From Escherichia phage IME267, in the sequence record NC_070983.1: a stretch of 64,000 nucleotides of DNA; one strand, written 5' to 3'. A model generated the notes under the pieces. That model saw only the letters and a program-made list of their open reading frames with translations, was not told the origin of the DNA and searched no databases. A program made the position numbers and the translations under genes. Positions 9,512 to 19,864 of the stretch are shown piece by piece. Position 1 is the first letter of the stretch, and each line of letters opens with the position of its first letter.

Positions 9512-10250
9512 CGTTCAATACCCCATCAATACCTATGGGTGGCTAAAGAAGGCCGTGGCCCTCTGGGCAGATAGGGACGACGATGAATTTGTTAATCAAA
9601 TTCCAAACTTTATTAACTTTGCAGAGAAAGAGATTTATCGTAACTTACGTATTCCTCCTCTGGAAAAAGAAGTGTATTTAGATATTAAAGATGGAGTAGC
9701 TTACATTCCTCCTGATTACTTAGAAGCTCAATGGATGATGAGAGCCAAAGATGGCACAATCTTCCAAGTAACCTCTCCTGAAGAGATTAGCTATCGTAGA
9801 CAGCATGGAACAATTAACCCATCTCACTGGAATAACCAACCTGTCAACTTTGCTCGTTTCGGTAGTCGTTTCATTTTCTACCCTAGCATCGAAGCAGATA
9901 CTCCGTACTACCCTGATGATGGAAGCCCTTTGATTCCAGCAGAAAACTCAGTGATTCTTAGCTATTATGCAGACCCACCGGAATTCCATGAAGATACAGA
10001 TACTAGTACTATTCTTACTATAGCACCAGAACTTCTTCTGTACTTCACCCTACGTCATGCTTGTCTCTTTGTTCAAGATGATAATGGTGTTCAGAAATGG
10101 TCAGCATTAGGAAAAGCTATCCTTGATGAAATGGTAGAACAGAATAAGAAACAAGAGTACTCAGGTTCACCTATCGCAATTCCGAATAACATGACTCGAC
10201 TTCAGAGCAGCCTGCCTGATATTTATGGTATTCGTACTTCTCGTGTATAA
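9501..10250 (+). CDS. Hypothetical virion protein (possible adaptor or tail component)
   Basis: ATG 9501 with GGAGGT upstream, overlapping the HNH stop; track start 9474 is an upstream in-frame ATG. Confidence 0.5.
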   Translation: MLPDVQYPINTYGWLKKAVALWADRDDDEFVNQIPNFINFAEKEIYRNLRIPPLEKEVYLDIKDGVAYIPPDYLEAQWMMRAKDGTIFQVTSPEEISYRRQHGTINPSHWNNQPVNFARFGSRFIFYPSIEADTPYYPDDGSPLIPAENSVILSYYADPPEFHEDTDTSTILTIAPELLLYFTLRHACLFVQDDNGVQKWSALGKAILDEMVEQNKKQEYSGSPIAIPNNMTRLQSSLPDIYGIRTSRV

Positions 10251-10259
10251 GGAGACAAT

Positions 10260-12902
10260 ATGATCGTTTATAATAACCAAGCACCTGATGCAGTGAATAA
10301 CGTTGGGCAGTTTGGTGCTACTGAAGGCTCTATTGGAGCTTATAAGCAAGCAGCAGAATATGCAGCTGACTCCAAATATTGGGCACTGTTAGCGGAGTCT
10401 AAGTTTGGTACAATTGATGACTTGATCGCTGAAGTAGAGCGTCTGTATCAACAAGGTGTTCTGATGAAGCAGGATATCGAAGATCTTAAGCAGGATTTTA
10501 AAGATCAAGATGCTCGTCTGATGAGCTTGATTGCTCAAACTAACGCAGCAGTATCAGATGCGAATAATGCTGTAGCTCTAATTAACCAGAAACTTATTGA
10601 AGTCCAGAATCAGCTTGACGTTCTGTTAGGAATGTCCGTTGATGTAACCACACTTCCTCCGGGAACTCCGGCTACTGGTTCTTTTAATCCTAACACTGGT
10701 GTAATCTCTTTAGGTATTCCAGAAGGTGATCCCGGAAAAGATGGTTCTGTTAAGGATTTGGATACAGCACCTACTGGTGTTCCAGAGCTAGGTGATTTAG
10801 GTTTCTATGTTGACAAAGATGACAACACCGTCCACAAAACTACTCTAGATAACATTGCTAACTTAATCCCATCTGTTCGTTCTGTCTCTATTAACGGCGG
10901 TCCAGCTCTTGACGGAGAGGTTGCTCTAACAGTTAATAAAGAGACGGTGGGTTTGGGTAATGTCCTGAACGTTGCTCAATATAGCCGTCAAGAGATTAAT
11001 GACAAGTTTGATAAAACTACCAAGACGTACCAATCAAAAGCAGAGGCTGATGCTGATGCTCAGTATCGTCAAGTAGGTGAGAAAGTTTTAGTTTGGGAAG
11101 CTACTAAGTATGAATTCTATACTGTTGCTGCTAACAAAACACTAACTCCTGTTAAAACTGAAGGTAGGATCCTTACTGTTAACTCCCGTTCTCCAGATTC
11201 CAGTGGTAACATTGACATTACTATTCCAACAGGAAACCCTTCTCTGTATCTTGGTGAGATGGTGATGTTCCCTTATGACCCAACGAAGAATATCTCCTAT
11301 CCGGGTGTTCTTCCAGCTGACGGTCGTCTAGTATCTAAAGAATCTGCTTCAGACTTAGGTCCATCTCTTGTCAGTGGACAACTTCCTGTTGTTTCTGAAA
11401 CTGAATGGCAAGCAGGGGCTAAACAATATTTCTCTTGGGGCAAGTTAGCAGACGGTATTACCGATGCGGATTCTACTAATTTTATCAACATTCGACTCCC
11501 TGATTGGACTGGAGGGGAGGCAATAAGAGCACCAGATTCTGATAAAGACTCTCAGTACAATGGGTCTGTACAGGCTCAGAAACCTTATGTTGTTACTGTA
11601 AATAACCAAGCTCCTGATGAGATTACTGGTAATGTGAACATCTCCAGATCAATTTTAGGTGCTGCTTCTTCTGGAGCAAACTCTGACATTACATCTTTAT
11701 CTGGACTCACAACACCGCTATCCATCTCTCAAGGTGGTACTGGAGCTAAAGATGCTGCTGGTGCTCGTTCTAATTTAGGTCTAGGCTCAATAGCTACCCT
11801 CAACACAATACCTGTAGCCAATGGTGGCACAGGAGCAAATACTGTTGATGTTGCTCGTTCCAATTTATCCATAGACCGAATAGATCAAGCCTCCGGGGAG
11901 AGTAAATTATTATCCCCTAACAAAGAAACCTACCTCTTTGTGGATAACAATGGGTGGGGCTGTTATAGTACCTCAGCTGGAAGGGTTGGTGATGTGGCTC
12001 TTTCTGTTGAAAGAGGCGGTACTGGAGCTAAAAATGCTGCTAGTGCCCGATCTAACTTGGGGTTGGGGAGTGTTTCCACTCTAGATAACGTCCCTATCGC
12101 TAGTGGTGGGACAGGGGCTGGAGATGCTGCTGGTGCAAGGTTTAATCTTGGGTTAGGTAACTCAGCCACAATGAATACCGGAACTAACAGTGATAATGTT
12201 CTTAAGGTTGGTGATTTTGGAATTGGAAGACCTGACGGCGCTCTTGTTTTTGATACTACTTCACAAGACCAACTTCTTGCTGGACTTGACACTTATGGGC
12301 TGTGTGTGTTTAGGAATAACCAACAAATAGCAGCACCTTGGGACATATGGAACTACTCCTCAAACCTTTTCTTTAGGGCGGGTGACACATACAGTATGAT
12401 AAGTATTCCGTTTGAGTCTGCTGGTAAGATAAAAGTTTTTGGTGGTGCATCGGGCAGTGGGTGGAAAACCTCAAGGACGGTATATGATACTGTAAATACA
12501 ACTGTTGACGTCAACGGCTTTATCAAAGCAGCGTCACCAATAGTTAAGGTATTCCATGACGGAAGTTTTGAAACAAACGAACAATCTGATGGAGTTAGTG
12601 TTAAGAAAATCTCCACCGGGGTTTATTTAATTTCAGGGTGTCTTGGTCTTAATTCTGATGCAGGATGGGGTGGTGTAGATGGAGGTTTTGAAATCCCAAT
12701 AGACCGAAACAAACAACCTAGAGTTTGGCTTGACTATGAGGTTAAAGAGGATGGTTCTCTTTTAATTAAAACTTATCATAGAACCCATTCAACATCCCCA
12801 GCTTTTGCTAGAAACGAGTTGGAAGGTTTTTCTGACGGAGACCCTGTTGACATTCCTAAGGATGCTTTCATTTCGGTTCGTGTTGAAATGCCTTCTAAGT
12901 AA
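10260..12902 (+). CDS. Tail fibre protein with internal GGTGA...ARSNLGLG repeats
   Basis: 880 aa; four copies of a GGTGAxxAAxARSNLGLG-type motif; strong RBS. Confidence 0.7.
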   Translation: MIVYNNQAPDAVNNVGQFGATEGSIGAYKQAAEYAADSKYWALLAESKFGTIDDLIAEVERLYQQGVLMKQDIEDLKQDFKDQDARLMSLIAQTNAAVSDANNAVALINQKLIEVQNQLDVLLGMSVDVTTLPPGTPATGSFNPNTGVISLGIPEGDPGKDGSVKDLDTAPTGVPELGDLGFYVDKDDNTVHKTTLDNIANLIPSVRSVSINGGPALDGEVALTVNKETVGLGNVLNVAQYSRQEINDKFDKTTKTYQSKAEADADAQYRQVGEKVLVWEATKYEFYTVAANKTLTPVKTEGRILTVNSRSPDSSGNIDITIPTGNPSLYLGEMVMFPYDPTKNISYPGVLPADGRLVSKESASDLGPSLVSGQLPVVSETEWQAGAKQYFSWGKLADGITDADSTNFINIRLPDWTGGEAIRAPDSDKDSQYNGSVQAQKPYVVTVNNQAPDEITGNVNISRSILGAASSGANSDITSLSGLTTPLSISQGGTGAKDAAGARSNLGLGSIATLNTIPVANGGTGANTVDVARSNLSIDRIDQASGESKLLSPNKETYLFVDNNGWGCYSTSAGRVGDVALSVERGGTGAKNAASARSNLGLGSVSTLDNVPIASGGTGAGDAAGARFNLGLGNSATMNTGTNSDNVLKVGDFGIGRPDGALVFDTTSQDQLLAGLDTYGLCVFRNNQQIAAPWDIWNYSSNLFFRAGDTYSMISIPFESAGKIKVFGGASGSGWKTSRTVYDTVNTTVDVNGFIKAASPIVKVFHDGSFETNEQSDGVSVKKISTGVYLISGCLGLNSDAGWGGVDGGFEIPIDRNKQPRVWLDYEVKEDGSLLIKTYHRTHSTSPAFARNELEGFSDGDPVDIPKDAFISVRVEMPSK
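11730..12160 (+). repeat. In-frame tandem repeats encoding the tail-fibre repeat motif
   Basis: ggtggtactggagctaaa-type units recur at about 11733, 11822, 12015 and 12104. Confidence 0.6.
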
Positions 12903-12911
12903 ATTAACAAT

Positions 12912-12930
12912 GCTCCCTTCGGGGAGCTTT
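12912..12930 (+). terminator. Hairpin, possible weak terminator or attenuator
   Basis: gctccc-ttcg-gggagc followed by only TTT before the next RBS. Confidence 0.3.
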
Positions 12931-12942
12931 AAGGAGATTTAA

Positions 12943-15138
12943 ATGTCTAGAGAATTAATGCCCAAATCTGGTATAATGATGCCTCATGTGGTAGTTACTA
13001 GAGATGCCGCAGTAGTGGGTGTATCTACTGTAGATGGGGCCGCTGGTGCTATCAACTTAACAGAAAAATACCTTCAGAAGTCTGACGCTGAAGCAACCTA
13101 TCAAACGAAAGCAGAAGGGGCTACTAAGCAATATGTAACCGATGCTATTAACCCCATTATGACGAATGCTCTTTTTAAAGATGACCCCTTTGTCAATAAT
13201 GACACACCTATCCGCTCCGGTGGTGGTAATGGTGTTGAATCAGTAGACATGATTAAAGTCACTCCTGAGAATAATATCAAACTGGGGAGCTATGCTTCTT
13301 CTGTTCAGGGGGTTGAGATTCATTCTGCTGGTCGTCTTCAGGTTGTTGATCAGAACGATTCTGGAGTCGAAACTAAATACCCGATATACTCCAAAAGGTA
13401 TCGCCCGGAAGTTGAGGATTTACCTTTCGCTTCAATCGGTTCCTACGTCAAAGATTCCAAAGGACGCACTATTGGTGTAACTCGTACTGGTATCAACTCT
13501 GATATCAAACAACTTACCCAGAAGGTAACTTTCACTCAACCCGTTACTGTTCCTGATGCAGTTGGTGATTATGATGCGGTTACTTTGAGACAGCTTCGAA
13601 ACAGCGGTGGTGGTTCTGGTGGTCCTACAATGAGTGGAATTTCTAACTTTGGGATTGGGGATTTTCATTTACGTGATAGTCGTGCTTTTATTCCAGCTTT
13701 TGAAGTTGTGTCTGACGGGCAGCTTTTGAATCGTGCTGACTATCCAGATCTGTGGGCTTATGCACAATTATTGTCACCTATAGAGGATTCAGAGTGGCTT
13801 TCTGACAAGTTTAAGCGTGGTCGGTACAGTACGGGGGATGGTACTACAACCTTCCGTGTACCTGACAGAAACGGCATTCAGGCTGGTTCTGTACGCGCTC
13901 TATATGGTCGTGGTGATGGTGGGTCCAGTTCTGCTAACGGAGACATATTCGAATCCGCCGCACCAAACATCTGGGCGCGGACGGCAAGCTACTCCGGTTC
14001 CAGCTATGCACAGGTTTTTGGTGATATAGCGCAGGGTGCCTTCGTAGCGGATAACACGCTGTTCCCTGCTGCTGCTGGTGATGCTATCCCAGATACAGGC
14101 GCAATCGCTATCTCTGGGCGCTATAACACACTGACCTTTGACGCATCTCGTTCAAGCCCTATTTATGGCGGGTCCGTTGATGAGATTATGGGTCGTAACT
14201 TTGTAGGTGTTTGGACTATTCGTGCTCATGGAGGTTTTACTGCTGCTAACACCTCTTGGTCTGTTATTAACAGTGACACAAACCGTCCTGCTGGTGGAAC
14301 TCGGGTAACTAGCGGTTCAGTTGTTTCTGAATATAAAATTGGTTCAGAAGTAGAAGCCTCTACTACGCTCCAAACTGATGCTTATATCGACGGAGCTTAT
14401 TATGGGATTATCAATGTTTATAATAAAACCAAAGGAGTTACCAAGCAATTAGCTTTTGACGATTCTGGAACCCTGAACTCTGATAGATATGTTGCTCGGT
14501 CTAGAACATTGATGTCTTGGAGTGAAACAGGAAGTCGCAGAGGGACGTTTTCTATAGACAACCAAGGGGTTGGTGCTAACTACTCTTTTAACTCTATACT
14601 GAGTGCTTCCCAAGCATCCCAAGGTGGATACAAAACTACTACCCATGTAGGGATGATTCACAATGATGCTGGATCTTTTGCTGATTCCTGTTGGCATGTT
14701 TCGGGAGATGAAGACAACAAATATGGTTGTCGTTTAACTCTCCGACCAAACAGGAACGAGATTTACTACTACACTTGGCAGCCAAGTTCAACCGGAACTT
14801 ATACTCTTGCTATGAATCCTGTATCTGATGAAAAGTTGAAACATAACATCCAAGATATCTCTCCTGATGAAGCAATTCGTGCGATAAAAGGTTTGGATTT
14901 CAAATCGTTTGTGTACAACAATGATAATCAAGGAAGAACTCGTCGTGGTATCATTGCACAGCAGGCAGAGAAAGTTGAACCTCTTTATGTTAAAACTCGT
15001 AAATTCCATGACAACGATGGGGTAGAGCAGGAACAGAAAGAGTTGGATGCAACTCCAATGCTTTTAGATACCATGCAGGTTGTTCAAGATCTGCTGAAGC
15101 GTATTGAAGTTCTAGAAGCGAAGTTAGCAGAGAAGTGA
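12943..15138 (+). CDS. Tail fibre or tailspike with tail-collar-like segment and C-terminal intramolecular chaperone (S74-type) domain
   Basis: C-terminal NPVSDEKLKHNIQDIS...GLDFKSF motif (Ser codon at 14824..14826); FIPAF...RADYPDLWAYA collar-like segment. Confidence 0.75.
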   Translation: MSRELMPKSGIMMPHVVVTRDAAVVGVSTVDGAAGAINLTEKYLQKSDAEATYQTKAEGATKQYVTDAINPIMTNALFKDDPFVNNDTPIRSGGGNGVESVDMIKVTPENNIKLGSYASSVQGVEIHSAGRLQVVDQNDSGVETKYPIYSKRYRPEVEDLPFASIGSYVKDSKGRTIGVTRTGINSDIKQLTQKVTFTQPVTVPDAVGDYDAVTLRQLRNSGGGSGGPTMSGISNFGIGDFHLRDSRAFIPAFEVVSDGQLLNRADYPDLWAYAQLLSPIEDSEWLSDKFKRGRYSTGDGTTTFRVPDRNGIQAGSVRALYGRGDGGSSSANGDIFESAAPNIWARTASYSGSSYAQVFGDIAQGAFVADNTLFPAAAGDAIPDTGAIAISGRYNTLTFDASRSSPIYGGSVDEIMGRNFVGVWTIRAHGGFTAANTSWSVINSDTNRPAGGTRVTSGSVVSEYKIGSEVEASTTLQTDAYIDGAYYGIINVYNKTKGVTKQLAFDDSGTLNSDRYVARSRTLMSWSETGSRRGTFSIDNQGVGANYSFNSILSASQASQGGYKTTTHVGMIHNDAGSFADSCWHVSGDEDNKYGCRLTLRPNRNEIYYYTWQPSSTGTYTLAMNPVSDEKLKHNIQDISPDEAIRAIKGLDFKSFVYNNDNQGRTRRGIIAQQAEKVEPLYVKTRKFHDNDGVEQEQKELDATPMLLDTMQVVQDLLKRIEVLEAKLAEK

Positions 15139-15142
15139 GATA

Positions 15143-15161
15143 AGCCCCTTCGGGGGCTTTT
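15143..15161 (+). terminator. Rho-independent terminator
   Basis: agcccc-ttcg-ggggct followed by TTTT. Confidence 0.5.
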
Positions 15162-15227
15162 AGGAGTGAAACTGGTGAATAAGTAATGAAACTACTATAT
15201 CCAAAAGGAAAATGAAAGGAGAAGAAA

Positions 15228-15446
15228 ATGAAAATGATGAAACAGGTAACTTATGGTCTAGCTTGCTTAGGGACAGGTTTTGTGATTTCCACAGCAGTAC
15301 CTGTAAATGCAGTAGGCTCTCATTCTACTATAGAAGCTCCTGTAGAGAAGCTTAGTTCTCAATGTAAACAAAGGACCATTCAAAATAATTTGGTTGTTAT
15401 TTGCCCAGACGCTCAATCTTCAGCTCTGAGAAAAATTCTTCCTTAA
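15228..15446 (+). CDS. Small protein with one N-terminal hydrophobic segment (holin or signal-anchored protein candidate)
   Basis: 72 aa, hydrophobic stretch at residues about 8-28, strong RBS, immediately upstream of the lysozyme. Confidence 0.4.
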   Translation: MKMMKQVTYGLACLGTGFVISTAVPVNAVGSHSTIEAPVEKLSSQCKQRTIQNNLVVICPDAQSSALRKILP

Positions 15447-15479
15447 TTGACCTAAAATAACAACAAAAGGAGGTCAAAG

Positions 15480-15971
15480 ATGGACGCTATCGCATTGCCG
15501 CCTGTACAGATGAGCCTAAGTCCGGCTGGTATGGAGTTTATCATGAAGCATGAAGGCATGAGAACTAAAGCCTATAAAGACTCCGCTGGAATCTGGACTA
15601 TATGTGTAGGGGCTACGCGCGATATGAATGGGTATCCAGTAAGACAAGGATTAACGTATTCTATAGAGGATTGTCTAGCTCTGCTAGATAGAGACACACA
15701 AGACTCTGTTCGTGCTACTCAGAAAAACATAAGAGTTCCTATGCTAGCTCATGAATTTGATGCTGTCACTTCTTTCAACTTTAATGTTGGTGGTGGTGCT
15801 TTGTCAGCTTCAAAACTTAGGAAAGTGATCAACGGAGATGTGAAGGGTGATGTTTACTCAGAGTTCTTACGTTGGGATAAGATAACTGTTAAAGGTGTAA
15901 AGCAGCGGAGTCCGGGACTTCACAATCGCAGGGTTGCAGAAGCAAATCTATACACTACAGGAAAATATTAA
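15480..15971 (+). CDS. Lysozyme (T4 lysozyme-like, GH24-type)
   Basis: MKHEGMRTKAYKDSAGIWTICVGAT parallels the T4 lysozyme catalytic Glu/Asp/Thr region. Confidence 0.8.
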   Translation: MDAIALPPVQMSLSPAGMEFIMKHEGMRTKAYKDSAGIWTICVGATRDMNGYPVRQGLTYSIEDCLALLDRDTQDSVRATQKNIRVPMLAHEFDAVTSFNFNVGGGALSASKLRKVINGDVKGDVYSEFLRWDKITVKGVKQRSPGLHNRRVAEANLYTTGKY

Positions 15972-15983
15972 TGGAGGTGCCTT

Positions 15984-16787
15984 TTGGCTATCGAAACAAC
16001 TGCGGTAGTAACTACCGATTTAAACCCCCTATACCCACGGGACAGGGATTATCTTTATGAAGGGGCTGCCCAGATACGACTGGTCAAACAAGTATTAATT
16101 AACACCTTTCCTAACATCACAGAGCCAGTTCAACTTGACTCAGATTCTTTCAACATCTTAGCAAACAAGGTTTCCTTTACTGGAGATTCTATGGATGTTG
16201 GAGGTTTGATGATCAAAAACTTAACTCCGGGAACTGGTGATAAAGATGCTGTAACCAAAGGTCAGATGGAAGCTTTCATGTTAAACTGGATGCAGAATAA
16301 ACTCTATCGTATTGGGGCTTACTATATCACTGAAGAAGATATCAACCCCGGAGATTCTAGCTCTCTTGGTTTTGGTTCTTGGGCTAAAGTAACTGGTGTT
16401 GTTATGGGTACTGGTGTTGTTAACCCTGATGGCTCTGTTCCTAATGCTCAGCGTGTAGAGTTCCAAGCAGGTGGTACTGGTGGTCGTGTATTTAACACAA
16501 TTCGTGCTGACAACATGCCTCTGACTACAATCAATGGTTCTAGTTTTCAAGTTAGTTCTTATTCTCACTCACATAATATCACAATGGGTCGTGGAGATGC
16601 TAGTGGTCACAACAGCAGTCCTAATTGGTATAGTCCGGGTGGTGGTTATACTCAGGTAACTGACACTAACACCCACTCTCACTCAATTACAGGTTCTGTT
16701 AGTTTTGGACGTGATGATGTATCAAGACAACCTATTAACACTTTGCCGCCTTTCAGAGCAGCGCATATCTGGAGACGTATTAGCTAA
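15984..16787 (+). CDS. Tail fibre-like protein
   Basis: TTG start with GGAGGT upstream; LTPGTGDKDAVTKGQM motif resembles fibre N-terminal motifs. Confidence 0.45.
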   Translation: MAIETTAVVTTDLNPLYPRDRDYLYEGAAQIRLVKQVLINTFPNITEPVQLDSDSFNILANKVSFTGDSMDVGGLMIKNLTPGTGDKDAVTKGQMEAFMLNWMQNKLYRIGAYYITEEDINPGDSSSLGFGSWAKVTGVVMGTGVVNPDGSVPNAQRVEFQAGGTGGRVFNTIRADNMPLTTINGSSFQVSSYSHSHNITMGRGDASGHNSSPNWYSPGGGYTQVTDTNTHSHSITGSVSFGRDDVSRQPINTLPPFRAAHIWRRIS

Positions 16788-16796
16788 GGAGGAATT

Positions 16797-19700
16797 ATGG
16801 CGCTTTATCCAATAAAATCTTTAGGGGCTGTAGGGGTTATTGCTGACCAAGCTCCGACTGATTTAGCACCTAATGCTTTCACTAATGCTATCAATGCCCG
16901 CTTTGTAGAGCAAAGAGTTTTTAAGACGGGGGGCAATGCCCCTCTTTCTTATGTAGAAGAAGATAAAGAGATTACACCACTTTCTTTTATATCAATGCCT
17001 TTTGACTACTACAGTGCAGGTAATAGCTTTCTGATTGTTGGTACAGACAAAAAGCTATACAAGCTAACAGATGAAAGTTTGACAGATATTAGCCGAAAGG
17101 TTGCTACTGTCACAAAAAGAGCTTCCGCTTCTATTAAGATATATCCAGTTGTTTCTCAGATTGTTCCTAAAGAAACTTCTATTTCAATGAATTTCAATCA
17201 AACTAAAACCTTGGAAGTTTCTATTCTTCCTGAAGATGCTAACAACACAGCTTTAGTTTGGGAGGTTAGTAATTCTTCTTATGGTAAAGTAGAAGCTGAC
17301 ACCGAGAACCCTAAAACTGCAACCTTGACGTCTTATGAAAAAGAAGGGAATTTAGTAGTTACTGTATCAACAGCTGATAAATCTATTAGTGCTCAGATTG
17401 CAGTAAACATCATAGACGGTGATTCTGGTATCTTCTTAAGTCAGGATACAATAACTGTCCGCAAAGGTGGTAACACAACGCTAACTGCTGTTACTGGAAA
17501 AACTCCTGTAACTTGGGTCTCTAGTAATGCTTCTGTTGTGTCTGTAACACCTAATGCTAATACACTGACAGCTACTTTGTCTGCTAATGGTGAGGGTACT
17601 GTAACAATAACTGCTGATAACGGAACTAAGAGTGCTTCTTGTCAAATTACTGTTATATCTCAGATAGACAGTATCACTCTGAGTCAGACAAGCGTTCAAA
17701 TGAGCAGAGGTACTCAGTATGTTTTAACTGCTACGGTTAATCCTTCAGATGCTCCCAATAAAAACATAACTTGGACTTCCTCTAATCCTGCCATTGCCAC
17801 AGTTTCTGGAAATAGTACAGAAGCGGTAATAACAGGGTTACTAGCTGGGTTTACTGAAATCACAGCTGTTACTCAAGAGGGTGATAGATCAGCAACCTGT
17901 ACAGTGAGAGTTGATTTAGCTGGGAGAATGATGCGAACTTCTGCAATGGCTTTATCAGAACCTGTTGTAGATTCTATACAAGAAGAAGAAACCAATAATA
18001 CTCCTATCGAATCAGAAGAGGTTTTATATTTTGTTAATGAGCCATCTGGAGTTGATACCTCAGGGATGTATGAAGGTAACAACTTCTATGATTACTCAAA
18101 CGTCAATGATATGGAAGGTTTTGCACGAGCTGCACTTATGTCCAGCGATACTCCGTTGCAATCTTTATCACTAGATATCATCGATGCCTCTCTTGATGTT
18201 GGGGAAGATATTGTAATTACAGCCAATGCTTTGCCTGAGGGAGAGTATTTCTATCAGTGGACAGTGGACAAAGCAGGATATGTTTCAACCACATCTACTA
18301 CCGGGAAATCTCTAAAACTGACAGCTATTCGTAAAGGTGAGATCAAAGTTACTTGTACTGCTAGTCAAATGACTCAGAAAGATTATGATGCTTTTGACGA
18401 CTATCCTTGGTATCACACCATAATCTCTAACTGTGCAGTGGCTACCACTCACTATGAAACACCACAGGTCAAAGAATTTGAATCTGAGTATTTCGTAGAT
18501 CTTCCGGGATGGGGTGAGCAAACAGTCGTTGATAATGATGGCAACCCTTCTGTTAAGAAATTTAACTGGAAGTGTGAGCGTATTCGTGCATTCAACAACA
18601 GACTTTTTGCTCTGAATATGAGGGAATCTAATGCATCTGGTGTAACTACTCACTACCCTCTAAGACTTCGGTGGTCGAATTTCGCTAACGAAAACAAAGC
18701 TCCATCTCTTTGGGATGATTATGCTTATGATCGTTTAACAACTTCAGACCTATCAGCAAACATTGTTGGTCAAACTGAGGCTTTGGAAAATGGGTACGCT
18801 GGGTATATAGATTTAGCAGATTCTAACGGAAGCTTGATTGATGTACTTCCTCTGAAAGATTACCTTTTTGTTTACACGGAGTTCGAAACCTACATTGGTT
18901 CTCCAACCAATAACACATATCAGCCTCTTATGTTTAAGAAGCTGTTTAATGACTCTGGCATACTTGCTCCTGAGTGTGCAGTTGAAGTCGAAGGTGGACA
19001 CTTCGTAGTAACTCAAAATGATGTGATCTTACACAATGGTGCATCTAAAAAATCTATAGCATCTAACCGAGTCAAGAATCTTCTCATTAATGAGATCTGT
19101 CTAGTAAACCCTCTAGCTACTAGAGTTCACCTACACCAAGACAAGAAAGAGGTTTGGGTTTTATATGTAGGTCCGGGAGAGCCTAAAGAGAGTTTTGCTT
19201 GTAATAAAGCCGCTGTTTGGAATTATGAGTTTGACACTTGGTCTTTCCGTACAATACCATATGCTCAGTGTATTGGGTTAGTCGATCCACCAGTTCTTGA
19301 GAGAGGTCCAATCTGGGCAGATTTTCAAGAGATCACTTGGGATGATCCCTCTATTAACCAATTAGTCTGGAGAAAGGATGCTAATAACTTCCGTCAAAGG
19401 ATTACAATAGTTGGCTCTTTCCTGAAGGGATTCTATCAAGTGGATGTTGGTGCTCTGGACTACATCTATGACAGAACCAATGATAGGATTATAGAAAAAC
19501 CTTTAGAAATGAGGCTAGAAAGAACTGGTATTGATTTTGATAGTGTCACTAACGAGTGGAATCAAAAACATATTAATAGATTTAGACCTCAAGTCACTGG
19601 TACGGGTACTTATACTTTTGAAGTCGGTGGAAGTCAATTCTCAAACGAGTATGGACACAATCACTCAACTAAAGAGTTTAGGGTAGGCTCAGATCGTCAT

Positions 19701-19817
19701 GTATCCGTGAGACTGAACCATCCATACCTATTCTATAATGTTATAGATAATGATGTTAACAGTAATGCTTCTATGAATGGTTTAACCATAGAGTTTAGTG
19801 TTGGCGGTCGAAGATAA
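16797..19817 (+). CDS. Large tail protein with three Ig-like (Big_2-type) repeats
   Basis: 1006 aa; repeated VxWxSSNxxVAxV...GxxTITA segments in the N-terminal third. Confidence 0.6.
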   Translation: MALYPIKSLGAVGVIADQAPTDLAPNAFTNAINARFVEQRVFKTGGNAPLSYVEEDKEITPLSFISMPFDYYSAGNSFLIVGTDKKLYKLTDESLTDISRKVATVTKRASASIKIYPVVSQIVPKETSISMNFNQTKTLEVSILPEDANNTALVWEVSNSSYGKVEADTENPKTATLTSYEKEGNLVVTVSTADKSISAQIAVNIIDGDSGIFLSQDTITVRKGGNTTLTAVTGKTPVTWVSSNASVVSVTPNANTLTATLSANGEGTVTITADNGTKSASCQITVISQIDSITLSQTSVQMSRGTQYVLTATVNPSDAPNKNITWTSSNPAIATVSGNSTEAVITGLLAGFTEITAVTQEGDRSATCTVRVDLAGRMMRTSAMALSEPVVDSIQEEETNNTPIESEEVLYFVNEPSGVDTSGMYEGNNFYDYSNVNDMEGFARAALMSSDTPLQSLSLDIIDASLDVGEDIVITANALPEGEYFYQWTVDKAGYVSTTSTTGKSLKLTAIRKGEIKVTCTASQMTQKDYDAFDDYPWYHTIISNCAVATTHYETPQVKEFESEYFVDLPGWGEQTVVDNDGNPSVKKFNWKCERIRAFNNRLFALNMRESNASGVTTHYPLRLRWSNFANENKAPSLWDDYAYDRLTTSDLSANIVGQTEALENGYAGYIDLADSNGSLIDVLPLKDYLFVYTEFETYIGSPTNNTYQPLMFKKLFNDSGILAPECAVEVEGGHFVVTQNDVILHNGASKKSIASNRVKNLLINEICLVNPLATRVHLHQDKKEVWVLYVGPGEPKESFACNKAAVWNYEFDTWSFRTIPYAQCIGLVDPPVLERGPIWADFQEITWDDPSINQLVWRKDANNFRQRITIVGSFLKGFYQVDVGALDYIYDRTNDRIIEKPLEMRLERTGIDFDSVTNEWNQKHINRFRPQVTGTGTYTFEVGGSQFSNEYGHNHSTKEFRVGSDRHVSVRLNHPYLFYNVIDNDVNSNASMNGLTIEFSVGGRR

Positions 19818-19823
19818 CAAATA

Positions 19824-19850
19824 GGGGCTTCGGCCCCTTTTATTGTTTTT
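19824..19850 (+). terminator. Rho-independent terminator
   Basis: ggggc-ttcg-gcccc followed by TTTT and a further T-run. Confidence 0.6.
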
Positions 19851-19864
19851 AATTGGAGGTACTT

